64,000 nt of DNA from Octopus sinensis. Taxonomy: Eukaryota. This document shows positions 12,033-22,819 of this stretch, piece after piece. Below the pieces are notes generated by a model. The model was not told where the DNA came from. It made no database searches and worked only from the letters and a program-made list of their open reading frames with translations. Numbering within the stretch: position 1 is the stretch's first letter; every line of letters starts with the position of its first letter. The position numbers and the translations under genes were made by a program. The stretch covers positions 16,244,001-16,308,000 of the forward strand of contig NC_043007.1 of the NCBI RefSeq assembly GCF_006345805.1, written 5' to 3'.

Positions 12033-12422
12033 GAGAGATGCTGTCACGTGGCAAAAAGAAAGTTTGCCCAGGTACGATAATTTGATAATTTAAGCAATAA
12101 ACATTTAACCTTTTTAAATGAAAAGAACAACAAAGACTAACTTGGTCTCATACGATGATGCAATATCATTCACATGAATAATCTAAATATTGGGAGACAA
12201 AAAAGTCTACTTCTCTGTTGCGAGAAGCAAGTAAACTGGCTGGTACAACACTGAATCGGAAAACACAACTGCCTCCATACAGCCTAACTATAAGTATTTT
12301 AATTCTTTATTGCATGCCTTGTCATTCATGGCACATTACAGATCTTAGTCATTAAATGTCTGTCGATTCCATTATTAAATCACTACGCCAAGCAGCTTGC
12401 TCTGTCATATTATCCTATCATT

Positions 12423-12813
12423 TACACGCACACACACACACACACACGCACACACACACATATACATACATACACACACATATACATACATACACACACA
12501 TCTACATATATACACACACCCTTAACACACACACATACATATATACATACATACACACATACATAAATACATATATGCATACATACATACACACGCACAT
12601 ACATACATACACGCACACGCATACACACACATACATACACACATACATACATACATACATACACACACATACATACATACATACATACATACATACATAC
12701 ACGCACACGCATACACACACACACACATACATACATAATACATACAACATACATACATACATACATACATACATACATACATACATACATACATACATAC
12801 ATACATACATACA
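12423..12813. repeat. (CA)n/(CATA)n microsatellite
   Basis: Directly visible. Confidence 0.9.
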
Positions 12814-12918
12814 CAATCTTTTATTGTCATGTAGTTCAATGGCAGAAACAGCGAAGAATACCACAAGTTCAAGTCGATCTTTCTAACGCTGAACTACGAA
12901 AATAGTAAACGACGTGAG

Positions 12919-13130
12919 GGCGGCGAACTGGCAGAATCGTTAGCACACCGAGCAAAATGCTTTGCGGTATTTCGTCTGCTACTACGTTATGCAAATTCTG
13001 CCGAGGTCGTTGCCTTCTATCCTTTCGGTGGTCGATGAAATAAGTACTAGTTACGCACTGGGGTCGATGTAACCGACTAGCCCCGTTCCCCCAAAATATT
13101 TTCAAGGCCTTGTGCCTAGAGTAAAAATAA
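12919..13130 (+). mobile_element. SINE family A variant (A') with GGCCTTGTGCCTAG tail
   Basis: A-type head and core, but a different 3' end from the 184-bp units. Confidence 0.7.
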
Positions 13131-13149
13131 TTAACCATGGCATAGGAAA

Positions 13150-13705
13150 TCTATGCAGTGGCTGCAGATTGAATAAAATTTGCATATCGTTATAATGCAC
13201 TAGGGTTTATTTTCGGGGAAAGTCTTATATTTTTGCGGCAAAAATCCAAGAAAGACAAAAATGTCTCATGTCCTCGTGTAAAAAAGAAAAAAATTGTAAA
13301 ACGGAAACCATGTTTTTAGTTATCAAAAGTTTATTTATTTGCTTTTCGCTTTTAGTCAAGAACTCTTTTAGAACATGGTCATAAATCCTCAAACCCCGAA
13401 TTTGAGACTGAATTTCTTGCAAATCCCTTTCCTGTAGAATCATGGACCCCAATCTCTCATGTTTGGCAATATAACATTCCATAAATGAACACTTTTTGTC
13501 CAAGTACCCTGCCCGTAGTGCATTGGCAACGCAACTGTCGGTAATTTTATTCCATGAATTCTTCATCCAATTCACAACTTCTTGGAGGGTGGGTTTGACA
13601 AAGTTCCATACTGATTTCTCTCTATTTTATGTTCGATTCACTTCTATCCGCAAATATTCTTTGAAGGGCTTGTTTATTACAAGATCTAATGTTTGCAGAT
13701 ATGAA
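13150..13705 (-). mobile_element. Pogo-family (DDE_1) transposase C-terminal relic
   Basis: The minus strand reads LQTLDLVINKPFKEYLR...QEVVNWMKNSWNKITDSCVANALRAG, matching the pogo LQPLDxxxNKPFK..W..I motif. Confidence 0.65.
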
Positions 13706-13720
13706 GTCATTCCAGCGGGA

Positions 13721-13761
<41 letters not shown>

Positions 13762-13769
13762 CATATATA

Positions 13770-13933
13770 GGACGGGTTTCTTTCAGTTTCCGTCTACCAA
13801 ATCCACTCACAAGGCTTTGGTCGGCCCGAGGCTTTAGTAGAAGACACTTGCCCAAAGTGTCACGCAGTGGACTGAACCCGGAACCATGTGGTTGGTAAGC
13901 AAGCTACTTACCACACAGCCACTCCTACGCCTA
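13770..13933 (-). mobile_element. SINE family B 5' half
   Basis: Matches 27997-28160 in reverse. Confidence 0.8.
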
Positions 13934-14212
13934 ACTTCAATTGTCCACGATGCAAAATGAACCGTCTGTCCCACAGTAAGCGTACTAAGGCGAAGAGAGT
14001 CAACCCGCTGCAATGAGTCGATGTATATCTAACGTCACCTGATAAAGTCAATTAAGTAAATAGATCAACCTAAGCGTAAATAATAGACGTAATAATAAAC
14101 GTAAGCTTAAATAACAAAGGCTGTGAGAGTGAACAACATCACATGACAGAATCGTGTCCATTGATTTTGTATCGAGGCAACTGAAGCTGACTCAAATATA
14201 ATTAACATCAAT

Positions 14213-14400
14213 AAGGCGGCGAGCTTAGCAAACTCGTTACTGTGCTGGTTAAAAATGCCAAGCAGCAGCACTTTGCAGGGGTCGTCTTTGCATTTCGTCC
14301 GTTCGAGGTTAATAAAATAAGTACGAGTTGAGCACTGGGGTGGATCTAATCGACTTACCCGTCCTCCGAAATTGCTGGCCTTGTGCTAAAATTTGAAACC
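14213..14400 (+). mobile_element. SINE A', diverged
   Basis: Head GGCGGCGAGCTT, core GCATTTCGTCCGTTCGAGG, tail GGCCTTGTGC. Confidence 0.6.
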
Positions 14401-14454
14401 AATATAATTTACATTAATAATCATCATCATAACCACCAGTATTTGGAAAATATA

Positions 14455-14853
14455 TATTTCTTTACTATCCACAAGGGGCTAAACATAGAGAGGACAAACA
14501 AGAACAGACAAACGGATTAAGTCGATTACATCGACCCCAGTGCGAAACTGGTACTTTATTTATCGACCCCGAAAAGATGAAAGGCAAAGTCTACCACGGC
14601 AGAATTTGAACTCAGAACGTAACGTCAGACGAAATACCTATTTCTTTATTACCCACAAGGGGCTAAACACAGAGGGGACAAACAAGGACAGACATAGGTA
14701 TTAAGTCGATTACATCGACCCCAGTGCGTAACTGGTACTTAATTTATCGACCCCGAAAGGATGAAAGGCAAAGTCGACCTCGGCAGAATTCGAACTCACA
14801 ACGTAACGCAGACGAAATACCGCTAAGCATTTCGCCCGGCGCGCTAACGTTTC
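14455..14853 (-). mobile_element. SINE family A dimer, slightly 5'-truncated
   Basis: Units start at 14455 and 14639. TSD TGGAAAATATA at 14444-14454 and 14854-14864. Confidence 0.9.
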
Positions 14854-15118
14854 TGGAAAATATAGTATTATGCATCTATGCATATGAATGTATTTCTTTG
14901 TGTATTCGTGATCAATGTTTTAATGTAATTCGCACTCTTAAACTAACTATTATAACCGCCAATATTCGAAAGATAGTGTTTCTATGTATGTGTGGGTATA
15001 GTCCACCCCATGCATGATGGGGTACATGTATATGGGAATGTTTTGCTCTAATAACTATAGTAGCTGTCAATATCTGACAGGCATTGTGTGAGTATATATT
15101 TGTTGTCTGTGAGGAGTA

Positions 15119-16001
15119 AGTGATCTGATCAATAAGTATCCGGAGCGTTGCCAGAGTAACAAAGTCAAAGCTTGCAGAGTGAAGCGGCTTGGCACAGACT
15201 GATCTTGAACTCTGCTGTACATACGCACCAAGTTTTAGCGTTCTAGCTCACTTATGTCGTTTACAGCAGTGCTTGGAAGTAAGGTGTGTAGCGTGTGATC
15301 ATCACATTGACCGCGACCGAGAAAGTTGAGCAGAAAATCTACATAATATTTTGCCAAAAACTTGGCGACACCTGCTCAGAGGCCTACGTAAAGTTTTCAA
15401 AAAGTTTTTATCGTTCTCGACACAGTCAAGGAGACCTTGTGCAACTGAAACCCGAGTGTCCTTTTGGTCAAGTGAAAGCAGTTTTTGACACAAACTTTGC
15501 AGACACACGTCTCATACCCAAATCTTCAGTGTTAATGGACTAAACTGTACCGTAACTAATTTGCACATCCTCTCATAACTCACGGATGGTGGTTTGATGA
15601 TTTCCCATCACTACTGCACGCATATCTGCGATGTTCTTCTCAGGTCTACTGGTTGCGGGTCTCACTGAACGTTCGTCAATGTTGACATTTTTCAGCCATC
15701 TTGGAAAAGTTTAAACCCTTCGTACACTTGTGGCTGATACACTCCTCTCCATACACTTTCTGCATAGGCCTCTGAACAGGTATCACCATGACAACTTTCT
15801 CTGTCATGGTCAATGCGACGATCACACGCTACACAACTTCCTTCCAAGCACTGCTGTAAACAGCGGAAGTTAGCAAGAACGTTAAAACTTAGTGCGCATG
15901 CACAACAGAGTTCAAGGTCAATCTTTGCCAAGCGGCTTCACTCTGCACACTTTAGCCTCGTTAGTATGGTAACAGTCCGGATACTTATTAATCGGACCTC
16001 G
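15119..16001. mobile_element. Mariner derivative built from two convergent 5' ends
   Basis: TIR-like AATAAGTATCCGGA at both ends, with TA after 16001. The plus strand gives TEKVEQKIYIIFCQKLGDTCSEAY. The minus strand gives GDTCSEAY..QVYEGFKLFQDG..RRVSAK..LLSLDQKDTRVSVAQGLLDCVENDKNFLK. Confidence 0.75.
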
Positions 16002-16015
16002 TATATATTTCTGTC

Positions 16016-16402
16016 AACTCTGAGCACCTTTTCAAACTCCACCTGTCTAACACCCGTGGACATGTTTACAAAGTCAGAAAACAACACAGCTCCCATGACT
16101 TTCGGAAACATTTTTTCACACTAAGAGTTTCTGAAGCATAGAACAAACTGCCAGCATCAGTTGTTAGTTGTCAGAGCACTGCATCCTTCAAAACTTCCAT
16201 GCTTCCTGAGATTCGCCAACACTACACCTGATTTTCTCCCCTCCATACACACGCAAGCATATATCTGACTCATACACTGTTCACTCTCCAGACATTTGTA
16301 CATTACTGCATGTACTTTATATGCACTTTCTGACAAGTTGTGGTGCACCTGAGCACTGTAAACAATAATTTCACTATTATTATTTCATTATTATTATTAT
16401 TA

Positions 16403-16445
<43 letters not shown>
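16016..16445 (+). mobile_element. CR1-type LINE 3' end with (ATT)n tail
   Basis: Reads FKLHLSNTRGHVYKVRKQ..RKHFFTLRV...NKLP. Same family as 43357-43993. Confidence 0.85.
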
Positions 16446-16449
<4 letters not shown>

Positions 16450-16876
16450 TCAATTTTTTGTGTGGCGAATTTGATTTTTCTTAATTTTCCACGCATCACT
16501 CACCCTGTAATGTATCGAATTAGAACTGAGTCATGTAAGTTCAAATGACTTTAAAGAAAGGAAGAAATAAAAGTAACTTTATGTAACTTACAGCTTTTTT
16601 TATCCTTTAAATGGTTAAGACTTGGACAGTGGCCATGCTAGAGCATCGTCTTGAAGGGTTAGTGGAACAAATCGACCCTAGAACTTATTTTACGTTTAAA
16701 GCCTGGTACCTATTTTATCGGTATCTAATAACCGAATCGCTAGGTTATAAGAACGTAAACAAATCAACACCGGTTGTCGAGTGAGGGAGGAAACAAATAT
16801 ACACACAAAGACACACTTACATAATGCACATACACACATACACACAACTACACGCGCGCGTGCTCACACAGCTATA

Positions 16877-17477
16877 TATTTCTTTACTACCCACAAGGGG
16901 CTAAACACAGGGAGGACAAACAAGGACAGACAAACGGATTACGTCGATTACATCGACCCCAGTGCGTAACTGGTACTTATTTAATCGACCCCGAAAGGAT
17001 GAAAGGCAAAGTCGACCTCGGTGGAATTTGAACTCAGAACGTAGCGGCGGACGAAATACGTATTTCTTTACTACCCACAAGGAGCTAAACACAGAGAGGA
17101 CGAACAAGGACAGGCAAACGGATTAAGCCGATTATATAGACCCCAGTGCGCAACTGGTACTTATTTAATCGACCCCGAAAGGATGAAAGGCAAAGTCGAC
17201 TTGGTGGAATTTGAACACAGAACGCAGCGGCGGACAAAATACCTATTTCTTTACTACCCACAAGGGGCTAAACACAGAGGGGACGAACAAGGACAGACAA
17301 ACGGATTAAGCCGATTATATCGACCCCTGTGCGAAACTGGTACTTTACGTATCGACCCCGAAAGGATGAAAGGCAAAGACGGCATCGGCGGAATTTGAAC
17401 TCAGAACGTAGCGGCAGACGAAATACCGCTAAGCATTTCGCCCGGCGTGCTAACGTTTCTGCCAGCTCGCCACCTTT
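16877..17477 (-). mobile_element. SINE family A trimer
   Basis: Units start at 16877, 17061 and 17244, with one head. TSD ACAGCTATA at 16868-16876 and 17478-17486. Confidence 0.9.
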
Positions 17478-17652
17478 ACAGCTATATTTACGACAGGGCT
17501 CCACGCAGTTTCCGTCTCCCAAATTCACTCTCAAAGCATCGGTTGTCCCGTGGTTATAGTTGAAGCCTCTTACCCAAGGTGCTGCGCATGAGGACTGAAG
17601 CCGATACAACCAATCAAGCAAACCTGGCTCCCACAGAAAAAAAAACAGTCGC

Positions 17653-18082
17653 GGATCTTTTCGGTTTGAACGGCAGTTTTTTCTAGCGGTGTCATATGAA
17701 ATTGTCACCCATAATTATGACCCTAGTATCGATCTATTGCAATTCAATCTGTTTTAGGGTTATGGTTAGTTAGGGTTAGGGGTGGGGGGGGGAGGGTATC
17801 TTTTTTTCTTCAGAAATGTAAATAAACCCAATCTGTTTCTTAAACGAGGGACATATTCATACGGCACAGAATGTTTTCACCTCAATAGACGTCATTGATT
17901 GGTTGAAATTGCAGAAATTGAAGATAAAAAAAACAACAAATATTTTACAAACTATAGAATTTTCTCAATAAAGCCAAGAGAAAAAGATGTTTTATAAACA
18001 CATTCTACCAGTATACGAAGTTTAAAAGTGTTTAGTTACGTGGAAATTATGTTAAAAACTGCCGTTCAAACCGAAAAGATCC
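17653..18082. mobile_element. MITE with perfect 29-bp TIRs and 9-bp TSD (Mutator-like)
   Basis: TIR GGATCTTTTCGGTTTGAACGGCAGTTTTT at both ends. TSD AACAGTCGC at 17644-17652 and 18083-18091. Confidence 0.85.
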
Positions 18083-18439
18083 AACAGTCGCACCTAATTC
18101 TTCGCTGGTTGCATATGTCAGCTGTGAGGAAATGAAAATAAATAATTCTAAGCAGTACGCGTGCAAAATTACTTTTGCACACGAGTCAGTTTTCGGTATG
18201 CAACGCTAGAGAACGTGCCAGACAAACCAAGCTATACGATCAAGAAATATGTATTTTTAAGTTTATGCTTTCATAATAGAAGCCCAAAGCCACGCACCAC
18301 ATTCGGGAGTGTGGTAGAGTCAGATTTAACTGTTGGTGTTTGACTATTTTATAAATGCCTCTCACCTGCTTACACCTATTTACTTAGTTAAAAAGTATTC
18401 TCTTTTTTTTTTTTTCCTTTTTGTTATTTTAGTGTTGCT

Positions 18440-18770
18440 GTCTTCGTCTTCTCCCTCTTCTTCTTCCTATTCTTCTTCTTCTTCTTCGTCTTCTTTTTCT
18501 TCTCCTCTTCTTTCTTCTCTTCGTTCTTTTCCTCCTTATTCTTCTTTTCTTCTATCTTCTCTTTTTCCTCCTCTTCTTTTCTCTTTCTTTTTGTCTTCTC
18601 TTCCTGCTTCTTTTTCTCCCTTTTCTCCTCTTGTTCTTTTCCTCCTTCTTCTTTGCGTCTCTCTTCTCCTTCTTCTCTTCTTTCTTCTCTTTCTTTTTCA
18701 TCTTCTTACCCCTCCTCTTTTTCTTCTTCTTCCTCCTCTTTCTCCTCCTCCGACCCCTTCTTCTTCAGCT
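18440..18770. repeat. Polypyrimidine low-complexity tract
   Basis: Almost exclusively C/T on the plus strand. Confidence 0.9.
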
Positions 18771-18929
18771 TGTTCATCTATAATGGAACAGCTTAGAAGT
18801 CTTCGAGCTGGGAGTTGTTAGTTGTGTGATGGTGGTGGTGGGAGTTATTAGTTGTGTGCTGGGAGTTGTTAGTTGTGTGGTGGTTGTTAGTTGTGTGTGG
18901 CAAAAGTGGGAGGGTGTGGAGAAAATAGA

Positions 18930-19640
18930 AACGTCTCAGCAGATGGTCGCCGTTACCAACCTATCTAAGCATTTCTGACGGATCAATGTTGAAGTTTATC
19001 TACCACCAGTGATAATTAAACCATAGAACTGGGGAGCTCCGACCAGTTAGCTTTGTGGTTCCTAAAGCGGGTGGTACTGTCCCCTGAGAGCAGTGGAAAG
19101 ATCCAGTGGAATGGGGGCGATAATAGGGTGGTGAAAGCAGATTGATGGATGTTAAAACAATCAGATAATGGGATAATTAGATTAAGTTTTATTTGTAAAA
19201 TACTATTGTTTTGAATTTGAAGCAGAGAAGGGTCTACGTTTGTGGTGGTGAGTGGGTGGGGCGCTAGGACTGTAGCCTGGATGCCAAGGGGGCGGCAGCC
19301 TGAACAAGTTTGGGAACCACGGAATTAGCTGATCTGAAATGCCATAGGTCCGAGAGAAGAAGGTGTTCCAGACTTTGTGGGTGTGCGGCAAGGTTGTGCA
19401 ATAAGGTACAAATTTAGCCCACCCTGTAACTGTAGAGACAGTTGTAGACTGCTGGAAGTTTGGAGATGAAGAAAGACATCTAAATTACTTTGAGTGTCTG
19501 TGTGTCGATCAGAGATACATGCAGGTGGTGGAACTATCATAGTTGTTGTAGAGAGTTGAAGATTTCAAGGTGCCCGGTACCTTCAAGGGTGTCATAATTC
19601 ATTGGATGAGCGTGAAAGCCAAGACGTGTTGTGAGCAATG
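18930..19640 (-). mobile_element. Decayed Jockey/CR1-group LINE, APE C-terminus and linker
   Basis: The minus strand gives NSLQQL..CISDRHTDTQSNLDVFL (compare the xDLEQLV..TRIPDR.GD..N.LDLFL APE motif). Once the MITE is removed it continues WHFRSANWSEL and FNIDPS. Confidence 0.55.
19053..19322. mobile_element. hAT-type MITE
   Basis: Imperfect TIRs GTGGTTCCTAAA and TTTGGGAACCAC. 8-bp TSD AGTTAGCT (19045-19052) and AATTAGCT (19323-19330). Confidence 0.7.
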
Positions 19641-19675
19641 AAATCAACGAACACGAAGAATTCGGAAGGTGTGAC

Positions 19676-19860
19676 GTGAGAGAGAGATCTTCGATGGAGG
19701 AAGATATATGATAAAGTGAGAAAGATATCCTCGATGCAAGAAGAGACGTGGTGAAGTGAGAGAGATAGCCTCGATGCAGGAAGAGATGCGATGAAGTAAG
19801 AGAGATATCCTCGATGCAGGAAGATTTATGGTTGAAATTAGATATCTTCGATGCAAGAAT
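19676..19860. repeat. 40-bp minisatellite, about 4.5 copies
   Basis: Unit is approximately GTGAGAGAGATATCCTCGATGCAGGAAGAGATGTGATGAA. Starts at 19716, 19756 and 19796. Confidence 0.85.
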
Positions 19861-20821
19861 AATTATCATTGAAGAGCCGTTAGTAGTATGAGGTGTCTGA
19901 GGGCGGTAGAGGAAGGAGATGCATTTGGTGCAGAGAGATGTTGAGCTAGATCGACTGGAAGTCTTTGTTGCTTATATCCAGATGAAAAAAAAATGAATGG
20001 CAGGGAAAGTGGAGTACATATGCACCGATGTTACCTTTAGTTTGAATTTTAATGAAGATTGCATATGAATTGTATAATTGGAGCCAACACGAAGGGGTAC
20101 GGTTGGGCATTCATTTTTTAATCCCTAAATGTCCAACCGTACCCCTTCTTGTTGACTCCAATTTTTTCAATTACCTGTTCACACATGACAAATGCTCAAA
20201 CGTAAACCTGGAAGTACGTATAATACTACTACAGGATAGCACAGGGTAAATTTGAAGGTGGACGAGCTCTATACTGTAATCTACTAAGTTCTTTACAGAA
20301 CACACACACACACACACACATAGATATATATATACAGAGAGAGAGATGGGGTTAGCTGAGTTAGGGGTTAAAATAACCGTTTAAGGGATAGAAGTATCTA
20401 TTACACTACCGGTATATTACCTATGTTTAAACATGGGCATCCATATACAAGCATATAATGCTCATAAATTATAGTATCAATTGCAATACCATACAACATT
20501 GGAAGCAGAAACAGCTGTTAGATGGGATGCAGTCTATTTTATTGATTTAATAAATAGTATTTGATGGAGTCAATTGTTGGTCATCGATATTGCTCCATTT
20601 TCTCTTTTCTTTATATATATATATATATATAAGTTTAACAATTAAGGATAATCTCTTAATAAGGGATCTTAACAAGAAATTATCGGGTAGCTAGCGTGAA
20701 AACCTCATAAAAGAAAAGAATTCGAAAATAATTTTTTTCTTTTGAACAAATTAATTATATCTATATACAATATATATATATATATATATATATAATATAA
20801 TATATATATTCAAATGTAGAT

Positions 20822-21036
20822 TCAAAATGTGACCGCGTGTGTATCGTTGGCGATTTTTTCCTCCGTCTTCCCTTCCTGGATCTTTCCTTTTCCTATGTTT
20901 CTGACGAAGAGCTCCGCTCGAAACGTTAAATCCTCCTTCTTTCTTTCCTTTCCTGAGCGTCCAATAACACTATACTCGTTCCATGTCCTCGCGTTGTTGT
21001 GTTTGTTTTCTCTTTGTGTTTTCATGTTTGGATTAA

Positions 21037-21113
<77 letters not shown>

Positions 21114-21211
21114 AAGTTAATCCAAACAAGAAAACAAAAACTAAAAAACAACGCAAGGACGTGGAACAAATAAAGTATTATTGGACGCTCAGGAAAGAAG
21201 GGAAGAAGGAG

Positions 21212-21213
<2 letters not shown>
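20822..21213. mobile_element. Penelope-like repeat with hammerhead-like core, plus a partial inverted copy across a (TA)n tract
   Basis: 20822-21037 (+) contains CTGACGA-A-GAGC-TCC-GCTC-GAAAC. 21113-21213 is a reverse-complement copy of its 3' half. The PLE assignment is inferred from the hammerhead and the inverted layout. Confidence 0.55.
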
Positions 21214-21266
<53 letters not shown>

Positions 21267-21739
21267 CAGGTTACCAAATTCACTCACAAGGCCGAGGTAA
21301 AATTAGAAGACATTTGCTCAAGCTGCCACGCTGTGGGCCCGAAACCAAACCCACGTAGTTGCAAAGGAAGCTTCTTAAGCTACACAGCCATGTCTGCGCC
21401 TACGTACATATTTGTGCTGCAAATGTTCAATAATGAACTTCGGTGATTATTAATAACACTACAGTGAGGTCTTTTTCGTTCTTTTTTTTCCGTTTTATAT
21501 TTTTTTATTCGTGTATTGACTACAATAACAACAAAAAGAAGAATAGAGAGCAGAAAAAGACGAATGTCGTGAGACTTAAAACAGGATATTAAAACCAACG
21601 GTAGAGAAGATACAGAGAGACAAAAGCTGCAATGGTGTCTGCAAAGTCTATCAAGCGATCTATAAATAAAGTTAGCACACAAGTTATAAAATCCAACAAC
21701 TACTCGTACAAGCAAATCAATAATAATATCAGATGTATT

Positions 21740-21945
21740 TTCTACTCTCGGCACAAGGCCTGAAATTTGGAGGTGGAAGTTGATGGATTACATCGACCCT
21801 AGCATTTATTTTATTGACCCCGAAAATATGAAAGGCAAAGTCAACCTCGACGGATTTTATACTCAGAGCATTTAGACGGACGAAATAACGCTCACAGCAT
21901 TTTGTCCAGCGTGTTAATGATTCTGTCATTTCGCTGCCTCAGTAT
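21740..21945 (-). mobile_element. SINE A', diverged
   Basis: GGCACAAGGCC tail plus an A-type core and head. Confidence 0.65.
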
Positions 21946-21946
21946 C

Positions 21947-22010
<64 letters not shown>

Positions 22011-22540
22011 GCCTTGATGCAGTACCAGGCAGCGGCTCTCATGGCTTCTGATCTTAACTGATTGGAAGTGTTATCATGTACATTGTTTTTTTCTTGGTAT
22101 AAAAGATGGCCTACAGCAAATATTCTGCTCAATACCACAGATTTGCTTGTCAGTTGGTTGACCTTAACCAGTTGACCATGTCCCTTAGTGGCTGACGATA
22201 TGTGCATCTCTGATCACAAGCGGAAGTAGTGGCAGAGCATCATAGCCGTGTGTTGAAAGGAATTCTTAGAAGTTTAGATAATTCACCTTTGGAAACGTGG
22301 GTGTTTCGTTCAACATCCTTAAACAACCCTTATTCAGGGACCTTTTGAGTGGTATGGGTTACTCGACCAGAAGAAAATTCTAACTGGGCCCCCACCTGCA
22401 AGGTCATGTGCTGTTTATCTTGATATGAGATCACTATGTTGCGCACATATGGTTGTGATGCATGTGCCTGGTGTAACCTTATCAGACGGGTAGTCATGAT
22501 GGGTATACTGGGTTTCGTATATTTTACCCCAATGTCACTA
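22011..22540 (+). mobile_element. Interspersed repeat (probable LINE 3' UTR) flanked by (AAT)n on both sides
   Basis: Its 3' part recurs at 42672-42843, also followed by (AAT)n. Confidence 0.6.
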
Positions 22541-22569
22541 AATAATAATAATAATAATACATACATACA

Positions 22570-22600
<31 letters not shown>

Positions 22601-22717
22601 TTTACCTGTGAATTTGCTTGTGTAATCTGGGAATGCATACAATGAGCTTCTCTGCCCTAGGTGTACGGGAAACACACGGCGAGAAATGGAAGAAAATTTG
22701 AAGAAAAGGAAAAAAAC

Positions 22718-22751
<34 letters not shown>

Positions 22752-22758
22752 GTAATAG

Positions 22759-22809
<51 letters not shown>

Positions 22810-22819
22810 TCTTTTATTC

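Noticed and set aside
17754-17792. TTAGGG repeats as an interstitial telomere
   Set aside because: There are only two or three imperfect units, and they lie inside a TIR-bounded MITE.
18333-18821. 162-aa Ser/Leu/Phe/Pro-rich ORF resembling a membrane protein
   Set aside because: It is the translation of a polypyrimidine tract.
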